Source of the DNA: Lysobacterales bacterium | GTDB taxonomy: Bacteria; Pseudomonadota; Gammaproteobacteria; Xanthomonadales; Xanthomonadaceae | Direction of reading: 5' to 3' | Length of the DNA: 64,000 nt | Assembly (NCBI GenBank): GCA_016718605.1 | Contig: JADKCY010000001.1 | Coordinates: 58,156 to 122,155 of the forward strand | Part shown: positions 63,586-64,000 of the stretch, piece by piece | Numbering within the stretch: the first letter of the stretch is position 1 | How the letters are laid out: each line of letters begins with the position of its first letter | Notes under the pieces: model-generated | Databases searched by the model: none | Seen by the model: the letters and a program-made list of their open reading frames with translations, nothing else | What the model was told of the DNA's origin: nothing | Program-made: the position numbers and the translations under genes

Positions 63586-64000
63586 GTGCCGCTCTCGAAG
63601 CTACCTACCCTGACGCAATACCTGATCGATCAGCGTCGCCGCTTTCCGCAGGCCAGTGGCGAGCTCAATGCACTGATTCTCGACGTATCGATTGCCTGCA
63701 AAGCAATTGCCCGCACTGTTGCTTTCGGCTCGCTGGCTGACATCGCAAGCGCGGGCAGCGTCAATGTGCAGGGTGAAGAACAGAAGCCGCTGGATGTTGC
63801 AAGCAACGAGATGCTGATGCGCCAAACCGAGTGGTCGGGCCATCTGGCAGGCATGGCCTCCGAGGAAATGGATTCGCCGTACCAGATTCCGGGCGAATAT
63901 CCGCGTGGCAAGTATCTATTGGTCTTCGATCCGCTAGACGGCTCATCGAATATCGACGTCAACGTCTCGGTCGGCACGATTTTTTCGATTCTTCGTGCGC
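63586..64000 (+). CDS. fbp: Class 1 fructose-1,6-bisphosphatase (CbbF), truncated by window end
   Basis: Not in the ORF track; GTG at 63586 reads [14 protein letters not shown]...[12 protein letters not shown]...MASEE...[22 protein letters not shown]. Confidence 0.93.
   Translation, partial: MPLSKLPTLTQYLIDQRRRFPQASGELNALILDVSIACKAIARTVAFGSLADIASAGSVNVQGEEQKPLDVASNEMLMRQTEWSGHLAGMASEEMDSPYQIPGEYPRGKYLLVFDPLDGSSNIDVNVSVGTIFSILRA

Overview
Chromosomal window from a moderately GC-rich gammaproteobacterium. AlaS, YhdP, the Ser/Thr kinase-TPR genes and several hypotheticals look Xanthomonadales/Lysobacterales-like; this assignment is from sequence recognition, not a database search. The backbone holds housekeeping genes: ivd, tRNA-Val(CAC), tRNA-Leu(CAA), yhdP-rng, alaS, a MoxR/VWA pair, an ALDH7-type dehydrogenase, pyrD-murB and the pyrH-to-rnhB envelope cluster. 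It also carries many signalling genes (two Hanks kinases with TPR repeats, two NarL-type two-component systems, two GGDEF proteins) and lipid-metabolism genes (fatty acyl-CoA reductase, acyl-CoA-binding protein, PhaD-like TetR). Three features stand out. (1) The last ~5 kb is an apparently intact red-type (form IC) Calvin-cycle operon, cbbR / cbbL-cbbS-rpe-cbbX-fbp (fbp cut by the window edge), with a recognisable promoter and a DsrE-family gene beside cbbR. This is unexpected in a lineage usually considered heterotrophic. (2) Neither Hanks kinase has the ECF sigma partner typical of this family: one is coupled to a sensor-less histidine kinase and response regulator, the other lies head-to-head with an FHA-GGDEF gene. 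(3) A ~3-kb accessory islet (21.2-24.2 kb) carries a headless, frameshifted PilV-like gene, a GC-mosaic secreted protein and a Phd-VapC toxin-antitoxin module. All three inferred frameshifts fall in homopolymers, so some may be assembly errors. No CRISPR array, rRNA, integrase or transposase was seen.
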